Assembly: GCF_001194135.2 (NCBI RefSeq)
Contig: NC_068993.1
Location: 35,750,086-35,814,085 of the forward strand
Source: Octopus bimaculoides
Lineage: Eukaryota
DNA: 64,000 nucleotides
Direction: 5' to 3'
In this document: positions 13,780 to 28,118 of the stretch, piece after piece
Numbering within the stretch: the stretch's first letter is position 1
Layout: each line of letters opens with the position of its first letter
Position numbers and translations under genes: made by a program
Notes under the pieces: generated by a model
Told to the model about the DNA's origin: nothing
Database searches by the model: none
The model's input: only the letters and a program-made list of their open reading frames with translations

Positions 13780-15400
13780 ATTCAATAAAAAATGGTTCAC
13801 TTTTAGACACTGCTGAAGATCTTTACAAACGTAGTGAAGCTAATAGCAAGATTTTCACAAGACATAGTATTATCAAAGGCAAAAATGATAGCACTCTTGA
13901 TTAAGAAAATGATATAAAGATGGGAAGAATACTGATATAACTTACACAAAAAGATAACATAGTTCATTACATAAAGAAACCAAAATGATCAAATTCAAAA
14001 TTGCAAAAGTAGAACCTCGCTATTTTAAGCAAAAAAGGAAGAATCTACAAAATGTCTGGCCGAACAACATAGCAGTGGAACTTCTGAATTATGATTAAGA
14101 ATTCCTAGTGAAATTGTTACCCTCTCTGTACACAAAAATATGGAAGTCAGATTTACGGCCGAATGATGTGACGAAACCGATTTTGATCCCATTGCCCAAC
14201 AAATAAAAAAGGACATATAAAATAAAGTGAAAAAAAAAAAGCAGCGTATACACGCCTACTTAAGATCGTTTCTGATAGGATTAAAGTCAAATATGAAATG
14301 GAAATAACCAGAAGAAGAAACTGGTTTCAGAGCTAGAAAAGGAACAAGGATTTTATCCTTAACCTAGTCAGAAAACCTGAGAGCATAATGAAAAGTAATT
14401 TATTGCTTTTATTGACTGTTAAAAAGCTTTTGGCAAAGGTATTCGAGATAAATTATGGTGAGTGATGGCAGAAATGGGATTTCTTCAACGTTTTTATAGA
14501 ATTACTAAAACCAGTTTATTCTCAACAAATGGTAACTGTCAAAACTAATGTGGGCTTCACAGAGTTGTTTAAAATCGAGTAAGACTTGCGACGAGATTGT
14601 ATAGTTCCTCCTAAATTTTTTAATATTTCTGCAGGAAGTATAATGAGAAAAGCCAGGATGACTTTCAAAGAAAATTAAAAATTAGATGATGAGTAGCCAC
14701 CAATTTTGAATACGTCGATGATGCTGTAGTTATTGCTGGTAGCTAAGGAGAACTAATGAATTTGATAAAGTGAAAGGAATGAGTGAAGAATATAGCTTCT
14801 TCATTAGTTTTGACGAAAGTAAATCAACGAATATCTCAAGAACATATGATTAAGTTAATCCGACAATAACTGTTCATCAAACTGTCAGAAATTCTGAATG
14901 AGTTTTCAAAGTTATATTATCGGTCAATGCGATGAAAGCAAAGATATAAATAAATGAATTACAAGAGCAAAATCTTCTATTAACCCTTTAAACTGCATTT
15001 GAAAAACAATCTGTCGTTAATTTAAATGAACAAGTTCAAAGTGCTCCCAATAACAAAGTAGGTTCTGAATATTGATTAAAACAGAAGATAATAAAAAATC
15101 GAATTGTCCAAATTTGGTTTTATAAACTGCAAAGAGTATGAAAAGAAACAATTTGGTGTGGCTTGGTACAAATTGGAATTAAACTGACTTATTTTTCAAA
15201 AACAATAGACACACAAAAACTTAACTATTCAGAGTATAAAACAGATGCACTACAATAATTATTGGTAGACGGAAAAGCACCTGAAAAAAGTAAAAGGAAA
15301 TCCCTGAAGAAATTTAATTGATAACATCCATGGGATAACTAGATTGAAGGTGTTATAAATCAGTGGTTATGTGAATTGACAAGCAGGAGTAATGGACCCT
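13780..15400 (+). mobile_element. Decayed RTE-clade LINE (reverse transcriptase region)
   Basis: Broken motifs occur in the expected order: RWEEY (~13917), EETGFRARKGTR (~14312), FID..KAF (~14405), G..CIVPPKFFNI (~14590, equivalent to QGCILSP.LFN), YVDD (~14710), then a C-terminal GKAPEKSKRK-like segment. Many stops and frameshifts. Confidence 0.8.
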
Positions 15401-15617
15401 CAAAATATCAGATAAACAAAATATGGGACATTTGCCACACGTTGTACATCTACAGATTTCGGTGACCATTCACCTAATCAGTTCGCTTAGCCACGCAGTA
15501 TTTGAGGTTACTGGTAGTTGACTTCATGAGTGAACGAAAACGAACAAAGAATCAAAACGGTGATTTTATATAAATACAGATCTTTCGCAGACTATCCACC
15601 TCGTCAGGCAACCCTTT

Positions 15618-15652
<35 letters not shown>

Positions 15653-16079
15653 ATCTCTCTTTCTCTCTCTCTCTCTCTCTCCATCTCTTTCTCCCTCTTC
15701 TCTTTCTCTCTGTAAATAAATAAATAAATAAATAAATATATATATATATATATAAAGAAAGAAAGAAAGAAAAAATGAGAGAGAGATAGGTAAAGGGAGG
15801 GAGAAAGAGAAAGAAACGCAAAGAGAGAGAGGAGAAGACAGCTAGACANNNNNNNNNNNNNNNNNNNNNNNNNNNNNNNNNNNNNNNNNNNNNNNNNNNN
15901 NNNNNNNNNNNNNNNNNNNNNNNNNNNNNNNNNNNNNNNNNNNNNNNNNNNNNNNNNNNNNNNNNNNNNNNNNNNNNNNNNNNNNNNNNNNNNNNNNNNN
16001 NNNNNNNNNNNNNNNNNNNNNNNNNNNNNNNNNNNNNNNNNNNNNNNNNNNNNNNNNNNNNNNNNNNNNNNNNNNNNNN

Positions 16080-16136
<57 letters not shown>

Positions 16137-16887
16137 CTGTGTGTGTGTGCATACACACACACGCACAGCGATTATGGTAGACAGGTACTCAGAAACAGAG
16201 ATATTGGTAAACAAAAAGAATCAGGAATATATAAAGAGGTAAAGAGGAAAGGAGTGTGTGTGTGTGTGTGTACGTGCATGTATAGTATGCATACAGTAAG
16301 TAAAAGTGAAACAGTCAGACATAGAGAGAGAGAACGAGAAATGTATAAGTAAGTTCATCCAAGATCCTCATTACTTGGCTTGTGTCGAATTAACGCTCCA
16401 GAGATTGCTAGTGAGAGACAAACTACTTCAGTTTTTGCAATGGCTTCGCTTTGTTTTGGTTTGTAATTTATGTTGCTATTTTTTTATTCATTTTTTTGTT
16501 TCTTCTTTATCGACTCCTGGAACAAACAAACCGAATAATTTCAGCCAAAGATAAACGTTATTTGTGCTACAGAGTATTTGAACTATTGATTCTAATGACC
16601 AATCAGAAGAGATCCTACACAAGAAAACAATTGTCTTGTACGCCAAAGAACTTGCTTGGATATCTGCCCATAGACTGACCTAATTCTAAGTGCTATGGAG
16701 GCTTCCTCGTGGCAAGTTTCTCCATTATTTTTTGGCAATACTACTAACAATGCTGATCAAGTGGATAATTGATAACTGAGTCAATAATAGACCGATTTAC
16801 AAACATTTATTCAATAAAAACATACATGATCGGAAAAACATAAAAATATACGACGAATATATAGTGTTATTAATATTAAACTTCACT

Positions 16888-17060
16888 GAGGTGGCGAGCT
16901 GGCAGAACTGCAAGCAATCCGATAAAAATGTTTAGCGGCATTTCGTCTGTCTTTATGTTCTGAGTTCAAATTCCGTCGAGGCCGATTTTGGCGTTCATCT
17001 CTTTCGGGATAGATAAAATAAATACCAGTTGAGCACTGATGTCGATGTAATCACTCTTGC
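16888..17060 (+). mobile_element. SINE of the same Deu/Nin-like family
   Basis: GGTGGCGAGCTGGCAGAA...CTGAGTTCAAATTCCG...TTCGGGATAGATAAAATAAATACCAGT. Confidence 0.8.
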
Positions 17061-18009
17061 CACAATTTGAGATTAATTTTAAATGTATAAATTTTATATA
17101 TATATAAATTTTAAATTGTGATCAATTTTAAATATTACAGAAATGATCTGTTACAGTAATTATAGGAATAAATAACTTCTGAAATATGACAAAGATATCC
17201 CTTTTGAACAAAGCGATTCGCAGAGAGCTCAATAAATGTGAAATATACGATTTAAAGCAATAGTATAATTATTTCTAATTAAGCTACAAGGCCAGCAAAT
17301 TTCAAGGACAGAGGCTAGTCGATTGCACAGATCTCAGAATTTGACGAATACTTCAAGAATATGAATATATTGAAATAGATATATATTCTATATCTTCTCC
17401 GGAAACTGGTAGTCAGGCATTCATAAAAATGTACGAACACGCGAACTTCATCAGCGGAAGCGAAAAAAGAACCACATGAAAATATATTGTTTATATACAC
17501 TATTTTCTGTAAAATAAACAATCCGTGAGTTATCGATGGCCTTAAAAGTATAATCTAACAATCAATATAAAACCTCAAACTTTAATTATTTTTGCATCTT
17601 TATCGTTAGTGCTTAGCTGATAAATACCATATTTGTTCTACGTAATCAGTTGTAATTCTCTCATGATAAATTGGAGAACTTCGATCACAGTTCTGACCAA
17701 TCCATATTTTTATATTCGTACAGTTATGTCATAAATAGTGCCAAACCTAAAATTTTGCAACACTGTCTTACACGTCTACGTTTTGAGATTAAATTTCACC
17801 GCACACATAAAAATATTAACCTGTTATTATTGCTTAACCTAAAGTCAGCCCTAATTAAGTAGTCTTACGATCAGAAGGGCTCAAGTTCAGACCACCCTGT
17901 CTTTTTATACGTATCTCGACTACTATCTCGTCCAATGTGAATCAGTGAGGGAGTAAGTCCCTCCTAATGATTGAAATTTGGCGACCTCGGATACAACGCC
18001 CCTACCAAT

Positions 18010-18290
18010 CCTTACCACACACTACAGTTTCGGTCTACAACTACCAGAGTCTTCTCCGTCCAGTTCCTGATGTAATTTCTCCATCTTTGTCTTTTTCTAC
18101 CTGAAAGCCCATTTCCAAACATCCAACCCTGACCTGTTGGTACATGCTCCGGACCTTCAATGTGGTCAATATATTGCAGTTTTCGCTCTCTAACCATCTT
18201 CACTAACTTTACTTCTGCTCCTACCTTCATCAAGGCTGATTCGTTCGTTCTATAGGACACCTCACTGACCCAGTATATCTTCCCCTTATT
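18010..18290 (-). mobile_element. RTE-clade LINE 3' fragment
   Basis: The ORF SYRTNESALMKVGAEVKLVKMVRERKLQYIDHI...GRKRQRWRNYIRNW...DR..W matches the RTE ORF2 C-terminal pattern (TN.EVL...RKL.Y.GHI...GR.R..W). Confidence 0.75.
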
Positions 18291-18644
18291 TAATATATGA
18301 AAGAAAAATATCTACTATTTTTAGTACATTATTTCATCACATAAAGGGCCTGTTGTTGCTTTGTGCCGAGCTAGCAATTGTTACTTGACTTCGTGTCAGC
18401 CCTACTTGAGTAGACGTGTGATAAACGTGTTCTAATACAGAACATCACATATTTTCAGAAAACGCATCAAGAGTACTGAATTCTAATGGGTATATATTGT
18501 ATCGTTGTACCAAGTGGAAAATAATCTATACTTATTGGGATGCTGGGAATCCATAACTATTTTATCATATTTCACACATACTCATACGCGCACACAAACA
18601 CACACACACACACATTCTCTCTCTTTCTCTCACACACACATACA

Positions 18645-18691
<47 letters not shown>

Positions 18692-19034
18692 GCATACATG
18701 CATTTTTCTCTCTCTCTCACACGCATACACATATACTTGCTCTATCTCTCTCACGTACACACTTACACGCACACACACATACACATACACTTCAGTATAA
18801 ATCTGCAGACTTAAGTTTATGCAAAGTGCAAATCAATATTCCCAGATTCATTCAACAGATGGATGGACGTAAACACTTGCGTGAAGCTGTAAATTAATCT
18901 CAATTCGCTATCACTCTGCCAGATGATATTCCATTACTGCCCTATCTTAGAACTTACACTTACAACAGCAGCAGACTAAATATACAGACGGTACTTCCAC
19001 AATCTGTAGAAACAATCGATATGGCATTGATGAA

Positions 19035-19140
<106 letters not shown>

Positions 19141-20864
19141 GCTATACAACTTCTTAGGTGGCGTTTATTACATAAATACAAGTTGTTAATTAAAAGAAAA
19201 GTATTTTATTTTTCTCATTATTGTTTTCGAATGGAAGGCAATATTGGCCGGATGAAGAGATTATTGAACTAGTGAAATTTTTACCTTGGAGGCATGAATC
19301 GTTATCTGCTGCAGACATTAACAATGAGTAAGAAACTCGAATATATTGGCCAATGGCTTCTGTTGCTAATTAAAAGTCATTAGTTTAACTTAATGAATTA
19401 ATATCATTATTAATCAATTGGTAGGTTACGCAGTCTCCTTTCGTTTAATACAATCTTATCACAAAAACATATCACGGTTATTCATTGTGTCTACGACAAC
19501 ATACGACAGAAAGTGTAAGGGGAAATTGGAAATTTATAGCAAAAACAACAGGAACTGAATCGATAAGCGATATGGCTTATCGAGCAAAGGGTCGATGTAT
19601 CATATCCCGATGTTAATACTTCACAGTGGTATCCTTGATTAGGACACTTAATTAAATAACTCTATTGAATGAGTTTTGTGGCTTATTCATGGGTCAATGG
19701 ACTTTCTGCAGGCCCCCATGACTTCTAGGAGGAAACAATTCACTATCCAAGAATGTTGACCAGAATGTAACAGAAAGAACCGTTCTATGCTCACTCATAG
19801 AACAAGGTAGTAGAGTTAAACTGGGTAACGGATTAAGTCTACCATAGTCAGAAGCGAAAGTTCACAACTGTAAACATTAGAAACGAAGCACTGTATATTT
19901 GATGTTTATTTCATTAGTTTATAAACCTTCTCCTGACTATACATCTTATGATATTTAGCAGGACGCTGTAAGTACACTATATAAATGATAACTATTTAAC
20001 TGCTGCTCTCCACTATAACACAAAGGGGATACATGACTCGCTGACTCATAACGAATTAATGTGAAAACATTGTGAGTTTAGTAGCACATTCTGGCACAAT
20101 GTTTGCTGTGATCATGTGGTGTGTACTTACACTTCAGTGTAGTGTGACATTTCGCGCCCAGATGAGTGAATGTTTGTTGTGTGTGTGTGTTTGCGCGCAT
20201 GTTTGATCACACATGTTAATATATTTGCATGCGCGTGTATCATCACACGCGTTAATGAATTTCTGTGTAAATGTTAGTGTATCATCACGCATATTAATGT
20301 ATTATTGTATGCGTTTGCGTGCGTGTCGGTGTGTCTGTCTGTCTGTATGTATGTATGTATGTATGTTTGTGTGCGTACCTGTGTGTATGTGTGCGTATCA
20401 TCACAGGTGTTTATATATTTGTAAGTTGAATTCCACTCTAAATTATATTTATCCATTTAGTGCTGCAGTAATTAACTAAGCCCATTCTAACTATGTAACA
20501 GAAAGCTATCAGCTAAAGGCCGAGATTGCTACATCGCCGCAGCAATAAAATAAATTACAATCTAGTAGTCTTGATTTCGAAATTAATGAAAATGCACTCT
20601 GCTGTATAGCTCTTGAAATAATGATACAGAGCGGTTATTAAACCTTTGGCGTTGCGTTAAAATATAAACACAAAAACTCAATCAATAGTATCAAAAACTG
20701 AGATGCATTAATTCTTGAAATATAGATATTAATATATATAAATCTAAGCACGAAGCAGAACAGCAAAACATCACGATTTAGATTTTGTGCCTCATGAATC
20801 TCGATTTATTGCGTTAAACATCTTGTATCATTCCATTAGCTGGTAACATATTTGGAAGAGAAGA

Positions 20865-20965
<101 letters not shown>

Positions 20966-21269
20966 GGCTAATGTCGGCTTTCGGGGCGTCATTTATTCTT
21001 TGTGGCTAAAAATCTATAAACACTTTAGAATTTCGTGTATTAGTATTAATTACCAATATAAATAATAGATATAAGTTGTTCAATACATTACAGCTCTTAG
21101 TTACGAACGAGCGAATTGTAGCTATTAGACAACATGGAGCGTGATTATTTTAGCTGCCTATGTAGTCATGAGGAGACATTGACAACGTTTAAAATGGCTG
21201 CAAGAGATACACAATTTTCCGGTCCAAGGCAAAAGGACGTTATTAACCTACATCAATTCAATATTTCTG

Positions 21270-21498
21270 AAATCATTTACTTGTTTCAGACATTAGATCG
21301 TGACCATGCTGGGGCAACGCCACGAAGAATCTTAATCAAACTTATCGATCCCAGTATTTATCCATTTTTTTATAAAGCATGGTACTTATTCGAACCGCTA
21401 AGTTACGGGGACGTAAACACAGTAACACTGGTTGTCAAGCGGTGTTGGAGCACACACACACATACGCACATGTACATAGACACACACACACACGCACG

Positions 21499-21530
<32 letters not shown>

Positions 21531-21697
21531 CGTACGACGGGCTTCTTTCAGTTTCGGTCTACTAAATCCACTCACAAGGCTTTGGCTGACCCGAGGCTAT
21601 AGTAGAAGACACTTTCCCAAGGTGTCACACAGTGGGACAGAACCCAGAACCATGCGGCTGGTAAGTAAACTGCTTACCACACAGCCACTCCTGCGCC

Positions 21698-21699
<2 letters not shown>
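21270..21699 (-). mobile_element. tRNA-derived CORE-type SINE with an internal (CA)/(TA) microsatellite
   Basis: The minus strand begins AGGCGCAGGAGTGGCTGTGTGGTAAG...GGTTCTGTCCCACTG...CACCTTGGGAAAGTGTCTTCTACTATAGCC, with a CORE-like ACCTTGGGCAAGT motif. Confidence 0.85.
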
Positions 21700-21734
<35 letters not shown>

Positions 21735-21785
21735 AGGATACCCATAAAATCTGTTTACAATNNNNNNNNNNATATATATATATAT

Positions 21786-23075
21786 ATTTACAGGATACCC
21801 ATAAAATCTGTTTACAATTTCAAAAATTTATTACAAAAGCAAATAAATAGATAAATCTGTGAAAATTATTAGATGAGGAGTAGATATTGAAGTATTTTGC
21901 TTCATTTAAAATATCTCAATATGGGCACCATTAGTTGCACGAAGCACATCAAGACGGTAATCAATTTCTTGCCGTGTTCGCTGTAGCATAGACTTATCAA
22001 TAGAGGCTATGGAATTCAGAGATACTTTGCTTCAAGTCATTGATGTTCTGTATCTTTGTTGGATACACAATGTCTCTAACATAACCCCATAGAAAAATGT
22101 CCTGGGGAGTGATACCCGGGGAACGAGGTGGCCAGGGAATTGATGCATCCCTTCCAATCCACCAGTCTGGAAATGTTTGATTTAGGAACCCATGAACATG
22201 CAGTTCTCAATGTGGTGGTTCACCTTCCTGCTGGAAAATGATGGTTGACTGAAGGTCATCTAGTTGTGGTGTCCCATATTCAGTCAAAAGTTCAAATTTA
22301 GCATTGCCAGAAATTTATCTCTCCGTGAAGAAAAATGGACATCATCCAACACCAGACATTCACCTTTGGATTTTCTCACTGAAGTTCCCTAGTTACATAG
22401 AGGTGGTCTCATCCCAAGATTCTCACATTATGTGTGTTCAGTTTCCCTGAAACTTGTAAGGTTGCCTCATCACTAAAAGAAACTTGGGTGAGGAAACGCT
22501 GAATATACAGAATTCCGTTCCAGTATGTTAACTGCAAACTCTTTTCGTTTTGATTTGTCATTTGGTTCGAGTGCCTCTAAGAGTTGTACTTTGTAAGAGG
22601 ACATTGTGCACTATTGAACATGGTAACTTTAACTGTCTGGCAGAAGTATGTATGGACTTTGTAGGAGAACTAGCAAAGGCTTGTCTTATACGATCGGTGT
22701 TTCCTCAGATAATTTTGGGCGTCCACACCTATCTTTATCCAGCAATGTTCCTCTTTCCATAAATTTCTTGTGCCATGCAAGAATTCACGGACTTGACGCT
22801 GGATGTATTCCATACTTAATCCTGTAGTATCGCTGGGTCTGCATATCCGATTTTGTTTCAATAAATCAGGATACACATTGTGCCTTTTCTTGATGAGTAG
22901 CCATTTTTTAAGGTTTCATTTAACAAAACTATTTCCATCGTTAGGGTACCTGAAAAACACATATACAATGTGGTTAAAAGCTCTAATAACCACTGGGTAC
23001 ATAGAACAAATCTGATAAACGTATCCCATCAATTGCATTTGTAATAAATTTTTGAAATTGTAAAGAGTTGATGAA
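21786..23075 (-). mobile_element. Near full-length Tc1/mariner element of the DD41D (rosa/Visitor) type; transposase pseudogene at 22904..21906
   Basis: MATHQEKAQCVS*FIETKSD...AWHKKFMERG...GRP, then FSDEATLQVSGKLNTHNVRI, FQQEGEPPH, WPPRSPGITPQDIFLWG, and IDYRLDVLRATNGAHIEIF*. There are 41 residues between the second (D->E) and third catalytic positions. The low-coordinate end starts TA-CAGG, and the inverted repeat TTTACAATTTCAAAA(A)TTTATTACAAA is found at both ends. Confidence 0.88.
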
Positions 23076-24790
23076 GAAAGCGGAAGATGGATTTAGTACG
23101 AATCTTTATCGTTTCTCCCCATCCTGCATCTGTCCAATAGCGTATCTGTCCAATCAGTGCAGACTGTGTCACTACAGATACTTGGTGTAGGACAATATAT
23201 CCCACTAGGTATACTGAGACCTCCTTCATATGTAGGATAACTTTGGGGTCGTACCTGTGAATGTGTAGCATACGTTTGGGGTTGTAACGCTGAATGTACT
23301 TTAATCGACGTGCTAATAGACATACACTCCAAATCCAAGTAGTTATATATATACAAAACAGGTCAAGTTTCTTTCATTTTCCATCAACCAAATTCACTCA
23401 TAAAGTTTTAACACTTACCCAAGGTGCCATGAAGTGGGACTGAACCAGGAACCATGTTGTTGGAAGGCAAACGTTGCACCATACAGCCACGCCTACGGCT
23501 GTAGAAATATCATTTTAACATTAAACGGGGGAAATGTTATTAGATGACGTATTCCTAGAAATATTATATATTTGAAATGCTTTCGACCTAAGATTTGATT
23601 GTTCAAGGCTGACTTGAGATTAAATTACTTGAGCAACCTGGTAGACACAACTTTAATAAAGTGTCATGAGATATGAGAATATACATAATCAACTACAAAG
23701 ATTAACGATAAGGATCGACTATAAGGTTATTTGTGGTTAGACTGCGTTCGATTAGCTTAAATAGCTAAGATCAAAGTCTTCCTTGAGTAGAACCTGATAA
23801 TAATTGCAACCTAGTTCCATACCCTTCATTCGACTATTTAAGTACACTAAACGACGATGTATTCTTAAAATTATCCTCTACAATTTAACGGGATACTAGA
23901 AATCACTGTCAATATCTCACATTGTCAGTTCCCATGCCTGCAACAGACCGATATTCTTATCGAATGAACGAAAGCAACTGCTTCTAAAATTGCTTTGGCA
24001 TCTAATAACCTGGGATAAATTTAATCTTGTAAGCCGACACCTACCGGTAAATGCAAGATATAAAACGGAAAACCAACATATTGTGTATGGTTGATTTCTT
24101 TTTCGTTATTTCCACTCTATATTCCATTTTAATCAATTTGTTGAAATATATTATGCATTTTGGCTTTTTCGGAAACTACGGATGTAATGCCAGACAGTTC
24201 TAAGCGCCATTTTCAGAGACTTGACAGTTCTTAAAATAATGATTTCTAACACAGATACAGGGCATATTTTTTTTTTTTTTTTTGTGAGGGGAAATTTATT
24301 TCTTTAAATTTCCCCCCGGTACTTGAATGAGATTTTTTTTATCGCCCAGGAACATTAAAAGTAAATTTTCTTTTGCACAAAGATATAGAACCAAATGTTT
24401 TTTCTAGAGAAGTGTAATCGATTACTTGAACACCGGTATTAGATTTGTAGTATATATACACAGAGCGATCATAAAGTCTAGNNNNNNNNNNNNNNNNNNN
24501 NNNNNNNNNNNNNNNNNNNNNNNNNNNNNNNNNNNNNNNNNNNNNNNNNNNNNNNNNNNNNNNNNNNNNNNNNNNNNNNNNNNNNNNNNNNNNNNNNNNN
24601 NNNNNNNNNNNNNNNNNNNNNNNNNNNNNNNNNNNNNNNNNNNNNNNNNNNNNNNNNNNNNNNNNNNNNNNNNNNNNNNNNNNNNNNNNNNNNNNNNNNN
24701 NNNNNNNNNNNNNNNNNNNNNNNNNNNNNNNNNNNNNNNNNNNNNNNNNNNNNNNNNNNNNNNNNNTATATATACATATTTATATATGTA

Positions 24791-24896
<106 letters not shown>

Positions 24897-25093
24897 ATGA
24901 CGTAATGCATTAGACATATACAATAAGTCCCAGGCTGGCTTACCGCTCAAACTCTAACTTCAACTACGACTATAACAAACGTAGTGTTGTAGAGGCCTAG
25001 CAATGAATGGTTATAAACGGTTCATCATTGGGCGGATAGATATCTGTTAGGAATGAATAATGAACAGGCAAAATGTATGGTGTCACTGTTGAG

Positions 25094-26283
25094 TGGTGGT
25101 TCGTAACCTGTTTTGTAGCGCTCTTTTTTAAGTACTTGTTATCACAAGCGCCCAACTAGGTGGCAAGTGAGATATCACGACTAAACTAACTTAACATAGA
25201 CGATAGTGTAAAAATTTTACTCAAAACATGGATTGCATAAGCTTTAAACAGTGATACGATATAAAATGTATGCAAAGTTGTAATTTTACTTTCTACATAG
25301 CAAATTAAAAACTTCTCTGTGCCTGCTGAGGTCTAGCTAAGTTTTCTATATCAGGTTCAATGTTAGCCAAAGAAAGCCGTGATTTCCTCTTTAACTTATT
25401 GTAAAGAGTCATTGTAACGTAAAGTTCACTGTGAAAAATTTTCTTCGTTTTTTAAAACATCGCATAGTTTACTTGCCACATCTTTCGCCCTATCATCTAC
25501 TATTGCTGCTACTGTATTATTACTGAGAGGAATTGACGTTCTTATAGCATTTGGTCAAATCGTAGTATCCAAATCTTCACTTATAGCCGGCAAGGAAAGA
25601 GTTTTGGAAAGAGTATGTGGTTTCCAAATTTCACAATTAATTTTGCAAGTTTACAAGACATAACTAACCCCTTCTCTATTTACCTGGCTTGTTTGGTAAA
25701 TAACCCCTTGAGAGTAAGACAATTTTTAAAATCATTTTTCATCTGGTGAAAGTAGTCCTCATCTTCTCCGGCTTTATGTTGATGCATTTTTTGTAAATGT
25801 TCAATCATTCTTAAAGGTCTCATTAATACATTTTTCACATAGTGACAATTGCTCATTATTTATGGATGAAATGAATCCATATTTCAAATATTCACTTGAG
25901 TATTGTCAGCACTATCCTTTTCCGCTCGTTCTAAAAAAATTTAAGATAACGTACACAACAATTGCATGTAGTTATATCAATAAACAAAACATAATGAAGA
26001 TCACAATATACGAAGAAAACAAGAAAGTCTTCGCATCTAAAAAACGCTATTCAAGACAGATATATAGCCTTAAAAATTAATTATTCTTATTCAAACATTC
26101 TTTAGCCACGATTTATACTTACGTCACATATTAATTTAATAACTATTATTAGTTTTATCATTTATGGTATAATTACTAGTGTAGTTAAAATTTAGTATGT
26201 TAATTATGTTACCTCACCGCCCAATAATGCCCAATTCGATATGACCACCTTGGGGGCGGTACCTCCCACGTTACGAACCTCTG
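25094..26283 (-). mobile_element. Internally deleted hAT element (Buster/Charlie type)
   Basis: Terminus CAGAGGTTCGTAAC at 26283, with inverted GGTTCGTAAC at 25098-25107. Transposase remnants QYSSEYLKYGFI...IEHLQKMH...KPHT...LPAI...IPLSNNTV...DV..KLC.VLK are joined directly to the C-terminal RLSLANIEPDIENLARPQQAQ. The catalytic middle is missing and no clear 8-bp TSD survives. Confidence 0.8.
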
Positions 26284-26402
26284 TTCTGGAGCATCGAATT
26301 TAAGAGCTCTACAATTATGTTTAAATTATAAATTCTATCCTTCAAAACGATACCACAAGTTTTGCATGCTCATTCTTTCTTTCTAAGATATATATACATA
26401 CT

Positions 26403-26484
<82 letters not shown>

Positions 26485-26544
26485 CAGACAGACACATAAA
26501 TATATATCAGAAATCCATTACTCAATTTTGAGCGCTGAACATGC

Positions 26545-26546
<2 letters not shown>

Positions 26547-26610
<64 letters not shown>

Positions 26611-26632
26611 CAACAGCAGCAGCAGCAGCAAC

Positions 26633-26685
<53 letters not shown>
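26547..26685. repeat. (TAG)n microsatellite interrupted by (CAG)n, running into a gap; other long trinucleotide tracts include (AAT) 29761-29815 and 40964-41043, (GAA) 35074-35161 and (TAG) 55387-55474
   Basis: Seen directly in the sequence. Confidence 0.95.
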
Positions 26686-28118
26686 NNNNNNNNNNNNNNN
26701 NNNNNNNNNNNNNNNNNNNNNNNNNNNNNNNNNNNNNNNNNNNNNNNNNNNNNNNNNNNNNNNNNNNNNNNNNNNNNNNNNNNNNNNNNNNNNNNNNNNN
26801 NNNNNNNNNNNNNNNNNNNNNNNNNNNNNNNNNNNNNNNNNNNNNNNNNNNNNNNNNNNNNNNNNNNNNNNNNNNNNNNNNNNNNNNNNNNNNNNNNNNN
26901 NNNNNNNNNNNNNNNNNNNNNNNNNNNNNNNNNNNNNNNNNNNNNNNNNNNNNNNNNNNNNNNNNNNNNNNNNNNNNNNNNNNNNNNNNNNNNNNNNNNN
27001 NNNNNNNNNNNNNNNNNNNNNNNNNNNNNNNNNNNNNNNNNNNNNNNNNNNNNNNNNNNNNNNNNNNNNNNNNNNNNNNNNNNNNNNNNNNNNNNNNNNN
27101 NNNNNNNNNNNNNNNNNNNNNNNNNNNNNNNNNNNNNNNNNNNNNNNNNNNNNNNNNNNNNNNNNNNNNNNNNNNNNNNNNNNNNNNNNNNNNNNNNNNN
27201 NNNNNNNNNNNNNNNNNNNNNNNNNNNNNNNNNNNNNNNNNNNNNNNNNNNNNNNNNNNNNNNNNNNNNNNNNNNNNNNNNNNNNNNNNNNNNNNNNNNN
27301 NNNNNNNNNNNNNNNTATATATATATATATATGCGCTCTCATTTTTCATTTAAGTAAGATCTGATATATTAAAAAATAAAAGGTGTCTGACATCTGGTAT
27401 TTTGTGTTCGACTTTCTAATACGTATAACGTTCACCCCAAATTATTCTGTGTTAACATTTTCGATTTTTGTTGGTTTTTTTTGTTGTTGTTTTTTTACTC
27501 GTTCAATTCAAAGGCTAATCCTCCGGCCGTCTGGGGAAAGTTATTTCAAAGTAGCGCTAGGTATTGTTGTTGTTGTTTAACCAGAAGTCCTATAACGAGA
27601 TTAAAAGCTAGCATGAAAGGCATGTCTCTGTGTACGGTATATATACGAGTACCGGATGTATGTATATGTGTGTGTATGTGCGTATGTGTGCGCACACACG
27701 TGCGTGTGTATGAAAGAGGGAGAGAGAGATCATTTTGTGAAAGCCAAGAGTGGATATCTTGTTGGTGACCTTCTTCACCAGATACTGCGTCAAATTTTTG
27801 ACTAAAATTTAAACAATATCAAAGCTATGCAGGTGAGGGACCATTGTGGAAATGATATCCAACCTGTTACAAGCACGTCTCCAGTGAAATAGTGATTTTG
27901 TTCGACGTCCAGTCGACGAACATCATAGATAGATAGATAGATAGATACACACGCACGAAGTTTACAAGTGTATATATATATATGAAAAAGTGAAAAAATA
28001 TATAGTAAATAAACAAACGACACAACGTGTACGGAGTGCACAACCGCACGGGAGATAGATAGAGGTCCCGAATTCTTTATTAGTTATCAGCTAAATGGTA
28101 ATACTCAGTTTCGCACCA

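Noticed and set aside
21722-21822. Exact ~40-bp direct repeat at the DD41D element end
   Set aside because: The two copies straddle a 10-N gap, which indicates an unmerged contig overlap rather than biology.
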